From Camelus dromedarius (Eukaryota), in contig NC_087437.1 of the NCBI RefSeq assembly GCF_036321535.1, forward strand, positions 118,112,001-118,176,000: DNA of 64,000 nucleotides, written 5' to 3'. The translations under genes were made by a program, and so were the position numbers. This document shows positions 25,912 through 38,771 of this stretch, piece after piece; within the stretch, counting starts at the first letter, position 1, and the number at the start of each line of letters is the position of its first letter. The notes under the pieces are model-generated. The model saw only the letters and a program-made list of their open reading frames with translations, made no database searches and had not been told where the DNA came from.

Positions 25912-27519
25912 ACCACCTCTGCACACATGTATCGTATTACACAGTCTATGAGAAGTTCTGGGGTACATATGGCACTGCTTGCCCTTTGAAACAATTCAGT
26001 CTCTGCCCCACACAAAGGTCCAGGGGTCAAACATCCCTGGAACTTAATGAGACTATCCTTATAAATTTCCGTGAGCCCTTTGATTCTGGGGTAGTCAACA
26101 TTAAATTGAAATAAAATTAGCAGAATTTGCTTCTTCAGAAGGATTGAGTCTTAGGAAAACACGTAATTGTGCATCTTTTGTATGCAGGCTATCTATCCGG
26201 GTAAGTGATACCCAGTCAAACTCCTCTGGGGAAGATCACACACCCACGGTCTACTGATCTCAGAACTGGCCGTGTGACTTGTTTTGGCCAAGGGTGTGCT
26301 AGAGTGCTATCTGAAAGTAGACAGACAATTGCAATATAATTTGATTTTGAATAAGAGCTCTTAGAGCACATTCGGTTGAGAAATGTAGAGAACACAGTCC
26401 TCGGTCTCTGAACATCCGCAGGAGGAAGAACAGGAGTCAGAGCTAATGAGCCCTGCGGAGGTAGGTCGCCTGGGAAGTCAGATAAAAAGAATGGGTTTTA
26501 GAGCCTGGCCAGGGAGAGAAGCCTCCACAGAGACCCCAGGTTAAGTGACTAACAAAAGAAAGACCTTGGGAGTTGAAGCATCTCTGTAATAAATCTGGAG
26601 AGTAAAAGTACTATCGTTTTCAAAATCAAATAACATAACTCTCTCCCCAGGCCCTTCAGCAGTTATGAACATTAAATACACCAAATGATTAAGTAGGAAC
26701 TTTGTATGCCAGTGTTGAACCTTCTGGACTTACACGTTTCTGCCAAGTCACTTGTAATTATTTTATAGGCACACCCCCCTGACACACACCCCATGCCTCT
26801 CCGCATGCCTCTGGCCTCCCCTCCACCAGCCTGCAGGTCAACACTGCCCTCTGAATCCCCTGCACCACCTCCTTTGTCTGCTTGGTCCCTGGGTGACTCT
26901 TCTTGGCAAGTTACCCCACCTAATAATTAAACCAGTTAGTTATCTGCTCCACTAGATCATATTCCCATCTCCAACTTTCAGATTCGTTCTAATAAACTGA
27001 CCCCATAGCTTATTCATTAACAAAATATGTTATTTCTTCACAATAAAATGTGCCAGCTTTCCTGGGCTTGATTTTTGGGTTGTGTTCTAGGCTCCTCGTG
27101 GACTCAGATTGTGCATGTGGGTGATTCACTGTTTTCCTCCCACTGACCCAGCATCTTTGCGGCCCCAATATGATTTCCCAGGATCATTTCTTCCTTTGTC
27201 CTCCCTCCTGTGCCTCATAATGATGGGACTGGTAAGAAGGAGTTAAAGACATGGGAATACGTCATTTAAACAGATAACCACTCTGTTCACTTTAGCACAA
27301 TTTAGGTGGTTTCCATGTTTAGCCGAATGTGTCTGGAAGACAGAATTTCAGAACCAAGAGGGCAAGGGAAGTCATCAGCTATTATCTCTGTCTCAAACTA
27401 AAAATTAATGAGCAGCAACATGTGACCATTCAGCCTCTGTCTGCACCTCACTCTCCAGGAGGCCTCCCAGTCTCCCATGAGATGCCCGGTTATGGTGCAG
27501 AAGGGAAGATAATGGGTTG

Positions 27520-27697
27520 GTGGTGACTAGACGGAAGCCCTAAGCCAGAGACCTGGATCTGACACTATCCCTGCCTCAATGGGCAAGTTCTTCAAACTTT
27601 CTGCATCTCAGTGCTTTGCTTATAGAACGGGGACACCAGCCATGCCTGCCTCCCTGTGCGCTGGAAGGTTAGACAAGAGCATGCCTTTGGAAGCACG
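27520..27697 (+). mobile_element. MIR
   Basis: AGCCAGAGACCTGGATCTGA..GGGCAAGTTCTTCAAAC..CTCAGT..TATAGAACGGGGA. Confidence 0.65.
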
Positions 27698-30537
27698 TGT
27701 TCATGCAGCAGAAGTGGGCGTTACCTTACAGGTGTGAGTTTGCAAGGGTAGCTCTCTGGCCATGCACAGGGCCTCTGAGGAGCTGCGCTTGCTTCTGGAA
27801 CTGCTGACACCAGTGCTGAGGGAAGTGATCCTGAACGATACCCGATGGCTGTAATCACCTGGCTTTGCAGGTTTTTTGGACATAGGAGAGCAAAAATAAT
27901 CAATAAAATCACCCCTCAAATGAGTCCAGCTATTGTAGCCCTCTGACAGAATTGATCTATGCCTGACTGTATTAATATTTATCATTCCGTAAATAAATGA
28001 AGATGTAGAGAAAGCAGTTTGCAAGATTCAAAGGCAATTGAGAGGAGGAGAGAGAAAGAGGAAGGGAGGTAGGGGGAAGGAAAGGGAAACAGAGCGAGCA
28101 GAAGAGAGAGAGATCATTAGAGGGAATGAGGCTCTGACGCCGTGGCTCCCTCAGGGAGCTCTTCCAAGAAGCGGGAAAGCCAGGAACAGCTGAATGGGCG
28201 GTCTCAGCAAATGGCCCCTAGAAGGGTATGGTCCAAATGTCTGGGAGTCCTGTGTCTCCCCATACTTGGGAACCTCCGCTGTCCCTGCCCAAGGCCAGCA
28301 GGGGACCAGCTGAGCCTCCCAGTAGTCAGGGAGGGCCCCATTTGTCAGCACCCTTGACAGCAGCCAGCCACTGGCCAGGAAGGACACTTGCACCACCAGT
28401 TGAGTCGGGCCCACCTGGGTGTCCCCTGTGGGCACCTCCCTGCCTCACCAGCAGCCCATACGTCCATAAAAGAAGGTAGGAGGGGTGGGCGCTGCCCCCA
28501 CCATGACTGCCTTGTCCACTTCCGGTCACTCTAGGCCACCCAAGAGCACTGACAGCTGTGGACACACCAGAGGCTCTTTCATACACTCTGCTCTCCTTGA
28601 CTCGCCCCTGGCTTTGAACCTTGGCTGCTCGGCCGTAACATCGAGAAGCTTCTTGATGGTCTTATCTTCCTTTTAGCAGCATGTCCCAGGCAGAATATTC
28701 ACCACCAAGTTTCTCTCCACGCCAGTGCCCCCATCTCAGGCACAGCAGCCTCTTCACTCTGCCTGGGACTCTCAACCATGAAGTGAGGGGCCCAGCCTGC
28801 CTTCCAAACACCTCAGTGAAGTAAGGTCTCTGCTAAGTGTCCCCTCACTCTCTAGAGCTCTGATCACCTTGTGACAAAGAAAGGAAAAGAAGAAAGTATG
28901 CAACAGTGTGTGTGGGTGGTCCAAACGAAAAAGGGGATCAGTGTTCTTTCCCAAAAGAGCACACTTTGATATCCTTCAGAGATTCCTAAACACCCTAGCC
29001 CTAACTTGGATATAACATGTAAAATGTATTACATATTAAATTAGCAGTTTATATAAAAGCTGCGAGAAATGTACATGAAGGTAACTGGCTCCTGTAAAGC
29101 CCGAGATTTGATACTGAGTCAAAGTTCTTTTTAGAAACGCATCAGTTAAAGCAAATTCTGATGTGACCCAATACTTCACTCTACAGACGAACAGTGCCGG
29201 AGGCCAGAGGTAAATGAATAAGGCAATGTTCTCACAGAATTAATTTAAACTGAAAGAGTCAAGTAGCAATGAGAATATAACCCAGAAACTGAGAGAGAGC
29301 AGGACTGTTAGGAAGTGTGGCACGGAACCAAGATGTCAGAATCTGAGAGCAGGACTGAGGCAGAGAAGAAAGGCCCGGTGCAACGTGGCATCTCCTGACA
29401 TGTTCACTGCTGCCCCTACGGTGGAGGCATCTGAACTCCCCTAATGGCTTTGCTACCCTCCCCTCCCATACAGGTGACTTAGGACTTTATGTTACAGTTA
29501 GTGACTGCATCTGTTTTCCTACCTACTTAATTCTGATCTCCTTAAACACAAAGACTAAGCTGTATTAGACTTTGTTGCTGAACTAAGTTTAAAATAGGGC
29601 CTTGCTGTATAAAGTGAGTGCTCAAAAATAGCTTTGAAACAAAGAATGAATAAACATGTCACTCTGCATACACTGCACACACACTTACGGTCCCATGAGT
29701 CTGCAGAAGGCATAGCTCTGACATTCTCATGTCCTTCCCCCTCTGTCCTCCCTGCTTGGTGCCTCTTCATCTGTCAGAGCTGGGCTTGCAGTCACAAATG
29801 GCCATGCTCACAGAACCGTGACATCCATCATCGCGTCGCTGGTAGCCATTTATGTATCTCTTGGACCGTAAAAACCACAAGGACCCCATCTCTGGACCCT
29901 GGCACAGACTGTCACGTGTTAGTCACTCAGTGGATGTTTACCCAGATAAATGGAGAAGAGAATTAAGGAAGGTCAGAAGAGCTTAGAGCTATTTTTGGAT
30001 TCATCACAAAAATCACTTTAAATATCATTTCTTTTAAATCTTGGTATACTGACTCTATCACAAGAACGTGATGAATGACAGTCTGAAACTTTAACTATTA
30101 ACCAGGGAAAGGCCACGGATCTCTTTCAGAAAGAGAAGAAAACCCTGAAGGCTCTGACCTGGGGTTTCAGTGCAGAGAGTTTGGGAGCTGAGGAGGGACT
30201 GAGTGCCTGGAGGAGGCAGCAATATGGCTTTCCTTCTATCTCTTCACCAGGAACCACCTTGGGACTATGTCTATGCATTGGTTAGAGAGACATCTTTTCT
30301 ATGCCCACATTTAATAAGATACCAAGAAGCGTAACTGTACAGAAAATCTACCTGTTTATATATTGGCCCATCAGAGCTGCCCACCTAGAAAGGTAAAGTG
30401 CAGTCTCTGCAGGCCGGGGGGGGGTGGGGTCTCTGGTGCACCCCTAGGTCCCCACCTAGTAGACAGGGGCCCTCAGCAAGTGGAGTTCCTGTCTGTAAAA
30501 TGGGAAGAATAGCAGTCCCTACTCAGCAGGATCCTTT

Positions 30538-30830
30538 TACACACATGCACTTGCACAAAAGAGCCCTTATACATGTATACACGTGTGTACACGCATACAG
30601 GCGTAAGTACACACGTGTGTACATATATACACATGCATTAGAGAGTGGTGTTATGTATGTACATACTATGAAACATATATAGTGTATACATACATAACAC
30701 ATTAAAGGATACACATATATACACACATATATTAAAGGATTGTTCTGTACACACATGTTAAAGTGTTTTATATACAGATATGCATACATATCCTAGAGGT
30801 CTCTTATACCGACGCACAAACACATTAACA
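30538..30830. repeat. Low-complexity CA/TA/TG tract flanked by MIR remnants
   Basis: Alternating purine-pyrimidine tract including palindrome GTACACACGTGTGTAC (30607-30622); MIR core TCTGTAAAATGGG just upstream. Confidence 0.85.
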
Positions 30831-31668
30831 TAAAGTGCCCAACAGGTCCTGCTAGTGCTCCACGTATGAGGGTTATTATAATTGTCCTTAATCCATCAAA
30901 CACCAAGTCCAGAAGGAAATAACATGATGTGCTTATTGGGAGGACACGACCACATTACAGTGTTGAAATTGCTCAGTTCATCGTGTAAGTGCTCTCATTT
31001 GCTCCTTATTTCCAAACCTGCAGTTTTTCTGTCTTGGTTTTGTGCAGTACTTTCAGAAAGAGGGAGCCGCCCAATTGCACCAGATGAGCAGGAAGCCCAG
31101 TAGCTTTGCAGCTGAGAAAAGGGTGTGACCACGTGAGAGTCCCTCCAAGGGGGTGGGCATTACTTCAACATGCACACTATATGACCACACAAATACTGGA
31201 ATGATTTTGGGTACAAATGCTCAAATAATTTGCTTAAGTTTTCACCTGCATCACTTTTTCCTTTTACTGGTCCTAGTGGGATTTATTCCTGGAGATTTTG
31301 CAAAAATTCCATGGAGGAGAGTTAATTATCCATTTCCTGGTCATTGCCAACATTCATTGTTCTAAAGCAGTTTGCTATCCTAAACCCCCTTTAAATTGTT
31401 TATTGCTGTTTTCCCAGTTTTTGGTTCTCCCTTATTTAATATGTCATCACCAGAGAACAAAAACAAATGCTGAATGATAGTTTCTTTAATAGATTCCAAC
31501 TCTGAATGTGATACTTGGGTTTCAGAAGTGGAGAGTGGCAGTCTGAAATGATTTCTTCTATACCACCTGTCATACGTCATGGAGGAACTATACCCAACAC
31601 GATCAAATGCTGGTGGTCCTGGGAGGCAGGTGATGACTCCACAAGATCAAACAGTAAGACCCACTCAC

Positions 31669-31818
31669 AGGTCGCTTCTGCATGTGCAGTATTTGACATA
31701 CGGAGATCACACACACTCTCACCACAGCTCAGAGGCAACAGTGCAGCTGTTCCAAACATCTTGCCTCACTTTTCACTCTCTAAATGTCCTGGAAATTCCT
31801 ATTCTTGGCAAATAGCAT
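31669..31818 (-). other. Candidate 150-nt non-coding/5'UTR-type exon (unverified)
   Basis: Minus strand: ctaatttgttttattcag | 150 nt | gtgagt; stops in all frames before the ATG at 31759. Confidence 0.25.
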
Positions 31819-32619
31819 CTGAATAAAACAAATTAGCAATCAGTAAAATAAAATACGCAAAAATCTAAAATAATTATTTGGAAAATGCCTGCTTAAAGAA
31901 ATGTGTTAATTTCAACGTATTAGTTCAGAGCCTGTATAGCCATCGTTATTTTCTTAGCACACACCCACACGGATTCTCCTACTTGAGCAGTTAACTGACT
32001 GGGAAGAAAGGAGGGGGTTAGCAAGAAATTGGGGATAAAATCACAACCCATAAAGGGCATCAGTTAGGACTATAGCTTAAGAACAACCTGGGGACAATTT
32101 GAGAAATAGAGCAAACCCACAAGGGTCCGGGTGAGCTGTGGGAGGGAGTGTCTAACAGTATAAGATGCTGGGGTGTGGGTGAGTCAGAGAGAGCCGCATA
32201 CAGAAAACACAAGCTTGTTTTCTCTCAAAGGAAGTACATGATGAATTTGCCCCCCACTTTATTTTGACCAAGGAACATACACTAACTTTAAAAAAAAAAA
32301 AAAAAAACAGGAAACCTTAGCAGCTATCTCTTTTTTAAGTACATTGGAGTATGTTCCTTTTGTCTTCAAGATACAACGTGAAAGCATCTCTCTTTAAAGA
32401 TACTGGAGAACGGCCGTCCAGCTTGCTCTGCCCAGGACCGTGGTGTCTGCTCTGCATGTGCACAGAGCCAGCCCAGCCTGTCTCCATGTGAGCAAGTGGG
32501 ACTTCCTGGTAGCAGCTTGAACCTGGGTTCTTGGGGGCTTCACTCCACAGCCCAGGGCGTATTATGGCTTCTCCCATTGAAATGCAGTATCACGAATTTT
32601 CCATTTTACACTTAAGATT

Positions 32620-32965
32620 CTGTCTGCCTGCAAGGCTCTTCCTCCAAATATACTCACATCTTTGCTGTAATAGCCACCTCTCTGAGAGCCCTTCACAGAC
32701 CACCCTATTCAAAGTGTGAAACAGCCTAAACCTCTTACCCTTCCTTGGCTTACTTTTCTCTACAGCACTTGTCAGCAAATACGCCATATTTTACATGTTT
32801 ATCTTAAAAGTTGTCTATCTGCTTCCCCTACTGTAGTGCAGGCTCCATGAAGACAGGAACTTTGATCTTTTTTTATTCTTTATCATATTCCCAGTCCCCA
32901 GAACAGTATCCAGCACATATAAGGGTCTTAGGATGTATCCGTGGAATAAAAGAGCGAATGCATGT
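32620..32965 (+). mobile_element. L2 3' fragment
   Basis: CCACCTCTCTGAGAGCCCTTC..GACCACCCTATTCAAAG..GGCTCCATGAAGACAGGAAC..CAGAACAGTATCCAGCACATA. Confidence 0.8.
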
Positions 32966-33397
32966 GGGAATAGCTAATACAGAGGTCACAGTTTAAGGAA
33001 GAAGGGGCACAGAGAAAGGGGGCAGCCAGGGAAGAAGAACCAAGAGGAATCCTATCAGCAGGAAAGAAAGGGGGAAATAAAAATGACAAAGGGAGAGAAA
33101 CAGAAGAGAGCAAGGGATAGGAGGCTCTCAGGAAGAAAAGGCTAAGACAGCAACACCAAATGCCAGGGGGTCCAGTAGGGTGATAACCATGGCATTTCAA
33201 AATTAAACAGTTGTGGGTGACTTTCAAGAAAGTGGATGGTCCAGACTGAAAATTATTAAAAAGTTAAAGGGAAGATTCAGAAACTAGAGTTAATGGAAAT
33301 AATCAAATTGAAAAAGAAAGAGGGAGTGAGGGAGGCAGGCTAGCCAGCTCGTCTTAACAGCACAGAGAGAAGGCTTATTATTTAGGACTTATATACC

Positions 33398-33480
33398 AGT
33401 GTGTGTGTGTGAATCTGAATGTGTGTTGTGAGTGTCTGATAGTGTGTGTGTGAGTGTGTAAGCATCTGAGTGTGTGTGTT
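33398..33480. repeat. Degenerate (TG)n
   Basis: Seen directly. Confidence 0.85.
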
Positions 33481-35439
33481 GGTAGAGAAGGTGGTGTATG
33501 ACCCAGGAATAGTCCTTTCAAGTACACAAGAACTCACTTTGCCACATTTTCTTGTATAAGTAAATGGGAGAAATAAACAGACTGAAAAAGCCATTGACAC
33601 TGTGAACTTTAGTTTCTATATTTCAATTCCAGGAGGTAAGATATCACAATGTTCACACTGTAATTTACTGAGGACCTTTTTAGAAAATACTTTAGCCATA
33701 GCTAAGAACTAAGTTTCCAAGTTAAATAATTTGATCTAAACACGAGTTGTTGACTAAAACAGAGAATAGCGGGAACAAAGTAAAAATTAAAAAAAAAAAA
33801 AAAAGAGAGAGAGAGAGAGAAAGAAAAAAGACAAAAACTCTGCATTAAAATAAATAAATAAAACAAGCGAAAAGACCCACAGGACCCCGAAGGCAGAGGC
33901 AAAATAAATTCTCTGAAGAGAAAAATGCATTTTGTTCTAATATTCTCTTAATAGATTTTTTTAAACATGGTAAGAAGGTTGAAAGAAACCTGGGTGACTC
34001 TAGAGAGATTATGCAAATACTCATTTCATTTCTCTGCTTTTGGGTGAAGTATCAGCACCATTTTTAAAGCTGAAACACTCCCTATCTCTGCTCCCCAGCT
34101 GGTGAGCACAACCAAAGGATTATGCATGGCGCTCGTGATCCCTGGCAGCACAGACATTTATGTGGAGCTCAAAAGAATCTGGGATGCTGCAGCTCTCGGG
34201 GGCTTAGAAGGAAGATTTTTAAAATACGGTTCCGTAATTTTCAGCAGCTTATCTCAACCCAGAGGTTAAATATTCTCTCTCTTCTGCACCTTGCTCTCTC
34301 GGTGGGGGGAGGGGATTCATTGCTTCTGCAACTAGGAATGGAAACGACTTTGATTCTTTGATTTCAGGTTGTCTAATAACCACAAAGGCCTTCCTTCATC
34401 GCCCCTCTTTTTGAAAGTGTGAGGTTTACGCCAGTGAATATGCCACACCAAATTTTGCCATAATCATTATTTTTTAGGATAGTATCTTTAACATAGAAAA
34501 ATATGCCCTGCTATCACTTAGGCTAAGAGGAATCAAAATGAACAATATGTTATGCTTTCATTGTCTCCTGAAACTCAAATGACTTGACATGCTTGGCAAA
34601 AACATACCACACCAGTCCAAGTGTTTTAGTCTAGGATTCCCAGGACTTTTTACATCATCTCCCTCAACAAATACTCCATGGCTTGCGAATGTGCCTCTCT
34701 TATAAGCATTCCTGTCATCAGTGTTCCTTGAGCAAGGCATGCTGTAAATTCAGGTTTCATTAGGAACATTCCCAGAACCCAGTGATCAGTGCAGAATCCA
34801 GCTCACCCTCAAATCACAAACACCATCTTTGTCTGCAGGGAGTTATAGTTCCCTATCTAGACCAAAGAAAAGGATCCGAATAGAATTAATCCAGAAATAT
34901 CCATCCTTGCTAAAACAGTCATAGGCAAAGGCATCCACAGTCTCCGTTCTTCCAGTGAGAACATGATCAAGCACAGTCTTTCTTAAGTGAACCTTGGAGA
35001 TAAGATGATGTATTAGAGAAATGAGTAAACTGCAGCTATATTTATATTTGCCTGAATGCTTCGACATGTGCCAAAAGGAAAAGATCAAGGAAGATGCTTC
35101 TTTTCTATATTTGCTCTATAATGTGTACTGTCAGGTACTGACTACCCAAGCGTAATCCTGAACTTTCAAAAAGAATTTCCTTGATTACAAGATGGGAACA
35201 TAACCACTCATAGAGCCCTGGATAGGAATAAACTATGTATAACTTTAACAAATATGATTTAAAGGGAGATGGTCTGCTTGGATTGTTTGTAGCAAAAACC
35301 ACCTCATGAGTTCATCATAGGAAATAGATTCAAGATGATTAATTTAAAAATAAACTGTAATTCAAAACAGAATGATAAGCTCTGTGGTTTAACATTTGGG
35401 TGGGAAGGGAACCTGGAGCTTACAAAATTCAAATTAAAT

Positions 35440-35760
35440 AGCCAGTCACCATTCTATGCAAGCAGTCAGGGTTAATTCAGATCGCTTTCTCGGCTCCTGC
35501 CTTCCCTGATTTCGAGCTCGGCAAAGCGGGGCTATAATTAGGGAATGGGCAGTACTCACTGTTCACCAGTTGGGTGTAAGCTTTAAACTAATAACTCAGC
35601 AATTACGAGAAAAATGAGCAGTAATTACACCCATTTTACTCGCGGCTAGACAGATGGAACATTTTCTTCTCGTTATTGGCAAACTGTCACCACATTTATT
35701 TCATTTTTACTGTTTACTATTTGTTGTACTTTGATTAAGAGTAATTACAGGCTATGAAAA
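35440..35760. promoter_or_regulatory. Candidate conserved enhancer-like element
   Basis: Repeat-free; 9 CpG in 35483-35672; TAATTA x3, CAGATG, TGTTTAC, CTTTGAT. Confidence 0.4.
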
Positions 35761-37634
35761 TATGAAAAACATGAATGTTGGGTATTTTTTTAAATAGAAG
35801 GACACCCTTCTCCTCAATCTGTACTGAGGGAGCTCTCATTTTAGATCCTATTGAAATGATACCAGCATTCTCAAGATATTTTGAGGCAGCCTCGTTTCTG
35901 TGATGGCTCTTTAGCAGGGAATTTCCACATTTACGAATTATTCAGATCATCACAGACCCCAAAAATCCCTGCGTTTGTTTTCTTACAACAGCCCACCTTG
36001 TCCCATATACTCTCCCCTCTTGTGCCCAGGATCAGGTAAAGTGGAATTTCACCTGTGTCTGGAATAAAACAATCAATGCAAAAATAGATCATTGCTACTG
36101 TTTTCCCGGCTTTTTGGAAGAGAAGCCTCTTTTCCTCCCATCATCGTAAAATAATTTAATATACATGTCCAGGAAAAGATAGTAAGAGTTTCTTAATAAA
36201 AATTTCTTTCTGAAGCCCTGTCGTGTAAGTGTCATCAATTTTAAAAATCACATGTTATTTATACGTTTGTGGCTGACAAAGAACAAGCAGTGTTGATAAC
36301 ACCAGTGGGGAAAATACACTTGAATTCATTTTCAGCAACCATGTTTCTAGCCGGTGCTGTTCATTTTTAATTTATGTAGGCCAGAAAATTGTACTATTTT
36401 TAAAGAAATACTTATGACAAAAGAGCACATATAAAATCATTGTTTACTAAATGTAGATTTCAGCTAATATTAAACATGGAATCCATTTTAGAGTAGGTCT
36501 CTGTGTGTAAAATGACACGTTATCCATTCCTATGATTCTCTGTGATGCTTTAAAAAAATGCAAATTGTGATTACCAAGGATGCAAGTCCAAATTCTAATC
36601 TTTAATGACACAGTCCCAAGAGAAATAATAAAAGACATCACAGTCCACAGCTGGCCCATAGAAAAGCATGATTTTGCAGGATAAAAATTCTTTCTCCCCT
36701 TCCTAAAAGGCATACTTGAAAACATCTGAAAACTTGTTTCTGGCATCCGTTTTTCTTAAAGGAAGAAAAAAAAAAGCCCAGGCTCTGTTCTACAAGGGCT
36801 CCATATTGATTCATGGAAATGCCATGTGTTAATGCACTGCCTCGCTAATGGCTCTGCCTGTGTGGTAATCTGCTGTGCTAGTGCAACGCATGGAATTGAT
36901 TAGTTCCCTTAATGAGCCTCTGATTGTGCTGCTACCAGGATGCAGAATGCAAAGCAGGGTGAGTGTGCAGCTGGATGAAACCACCTCAAGACAGCCATCG
37001 AGAGGGAAGCCAAGGGGCAGAAAACACAGAAGGGGCGTGGCTTGAGGCAAGGACGCCTTTCTCTTTCAGGAGATGCTGCAGCTTTTGCTTCCTGGACTTT
37101 CTCCCTGACCGGGCAGGGTGATGCTCAGACCTCCCTCGGCAGCAGTAACCACGTGCAGCTCCCAGACCAGCTGGAGTCACACAGACCAGCAGTGGACTCT
37201 TGCCTCTGCACCTTACCCTCATGGAACCCTAAACCTCCCCTCCCCGACCCCCAGCTTCCTGTGAATGAGAAAGAGCGGGAAATGACAGGCCTTATCTTCA
37301 GCTGTGTGTAAATGGCACCATAAAATTTTAGCCAGAGATGCACTAGAGAAAGTAAGTAATGTAAAGCTATTAAGAAAGTCAGTTTGGTTACTGGACAGCC
37401 AAGGATGATGTGAGTGGGGCGGGGAGAGGTGGGTACTCCAGGAAGCCAGTTGTGAAGGCAGCGGGAGCACAGAAAACAGAGGTGTGGATGGAGAGGCCAT
37501 CTCAGACACGCTCCATCTGTGCCAGGGCTCATCTGCCCTCAGTCCCTTGCATCAGTGCCCACAAGGTCACAAAGCCAGGAAGAAGGAAAGAAAGAGCAGA
37601 ACCAAAGAGCTCCCTCGGTCCTTACTGTTCCCTC

Positions 37635-38325
37635 AACACTCACACCACACACACTCACCACACACAACACACACTCACCACACGCACATCACATACTCAC
37701 CACACTACACCACACACACCACACACACACTACACACACATACACCACACACACACTACACACATATACCACACACACTACACATACACCACACACACTA
37801 CACACATATATCACACACTACACAAACATATACCACACATACACTACATACACATACACCACACACACACTACCCACACATACACCACACACACACTACA
37901 CACATATACCACACACACTACACATACACCACACACACTACACACATATATACCACACATACACTACACACACACCACACACACTACACACATATATACC
38001 ACACACACTATACACACAATACCACACATACACTACATACACATACACCACACACACTACACACATATATACCACACACTACACACATACCACACACAGT
38101 ACACACACATGCACCACACACACTACACACACATACACCACACATATACCACACATACACTACACACACATACACCACACACACTACACATATATATGCC
38201 ACACACACTACAACACATATACCACACACACTACACACACATATACCACATACACTACACACACATACACCACACACACACTACACACACATATACTACA
38301 CACACACTCCACACAAAACACATGC
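37635..38325. repeat. CA-rich minisatellite, unit ~20-24 bp (ACCACACACACTACACACATAT-like)
   Basis: Many degenerate tandem units, almost no G on the + strand. Confidence 0.97.
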
Positions 38326-38750
38326 CCCTCAAGCACACGTACAGAAGAAGAAGAAAAATATTAGATAAGCTGCCAAGAACTTCTGGATTTTTTAAATAGT
38401 ATATAGAAAAAGAAATTTAGGAAAACATTTCTACTTTCAAAAAGCAATAAAAACAGACACTATCGCCCACTCCACTGTGCTCATGTCGGAAGAAGACAGC
38501 CACATGAGGCCCCATCTTGCGGAGGAGAAACCCCATCCTCAGTGAGAGTCCATCCCCGGGAGCACACAGCGGAACACCCTGCACGAACCTGCACGTGTGT
38601 CAGTCGGCGTGGGCTTCCCTCTTGCCTTCATTAAGCATGAAAGGGTTTCCTAATGAACAGAGCCTGTGGGTGAGAGGCGTCCAGCCAGCCCTGCTACAGT
38701 CTTGATGGCAGCATCAGTGTGTGGTCTGCGTGGTGGACATTTAAACTCAC

Positions 38751-38771
38751 ATCACTGAAACCACACAGATG
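38751..38771 (-). other. Candidate 21-nt microexon (unverified)
   Basis: Minus strand: ~50-nt pyrimidine tract ending ttttctacttccag | CATCTGTGTGGTTTCAGTGAT | gtgagt. Confidence 0.4.

Noticed and set aside
37410..38399. Three long His/Thr-rich ORFs (281-329 aa)
   Set aside because: Translations of the CA-rich minisatellite, which lacks stop codons in all + frames
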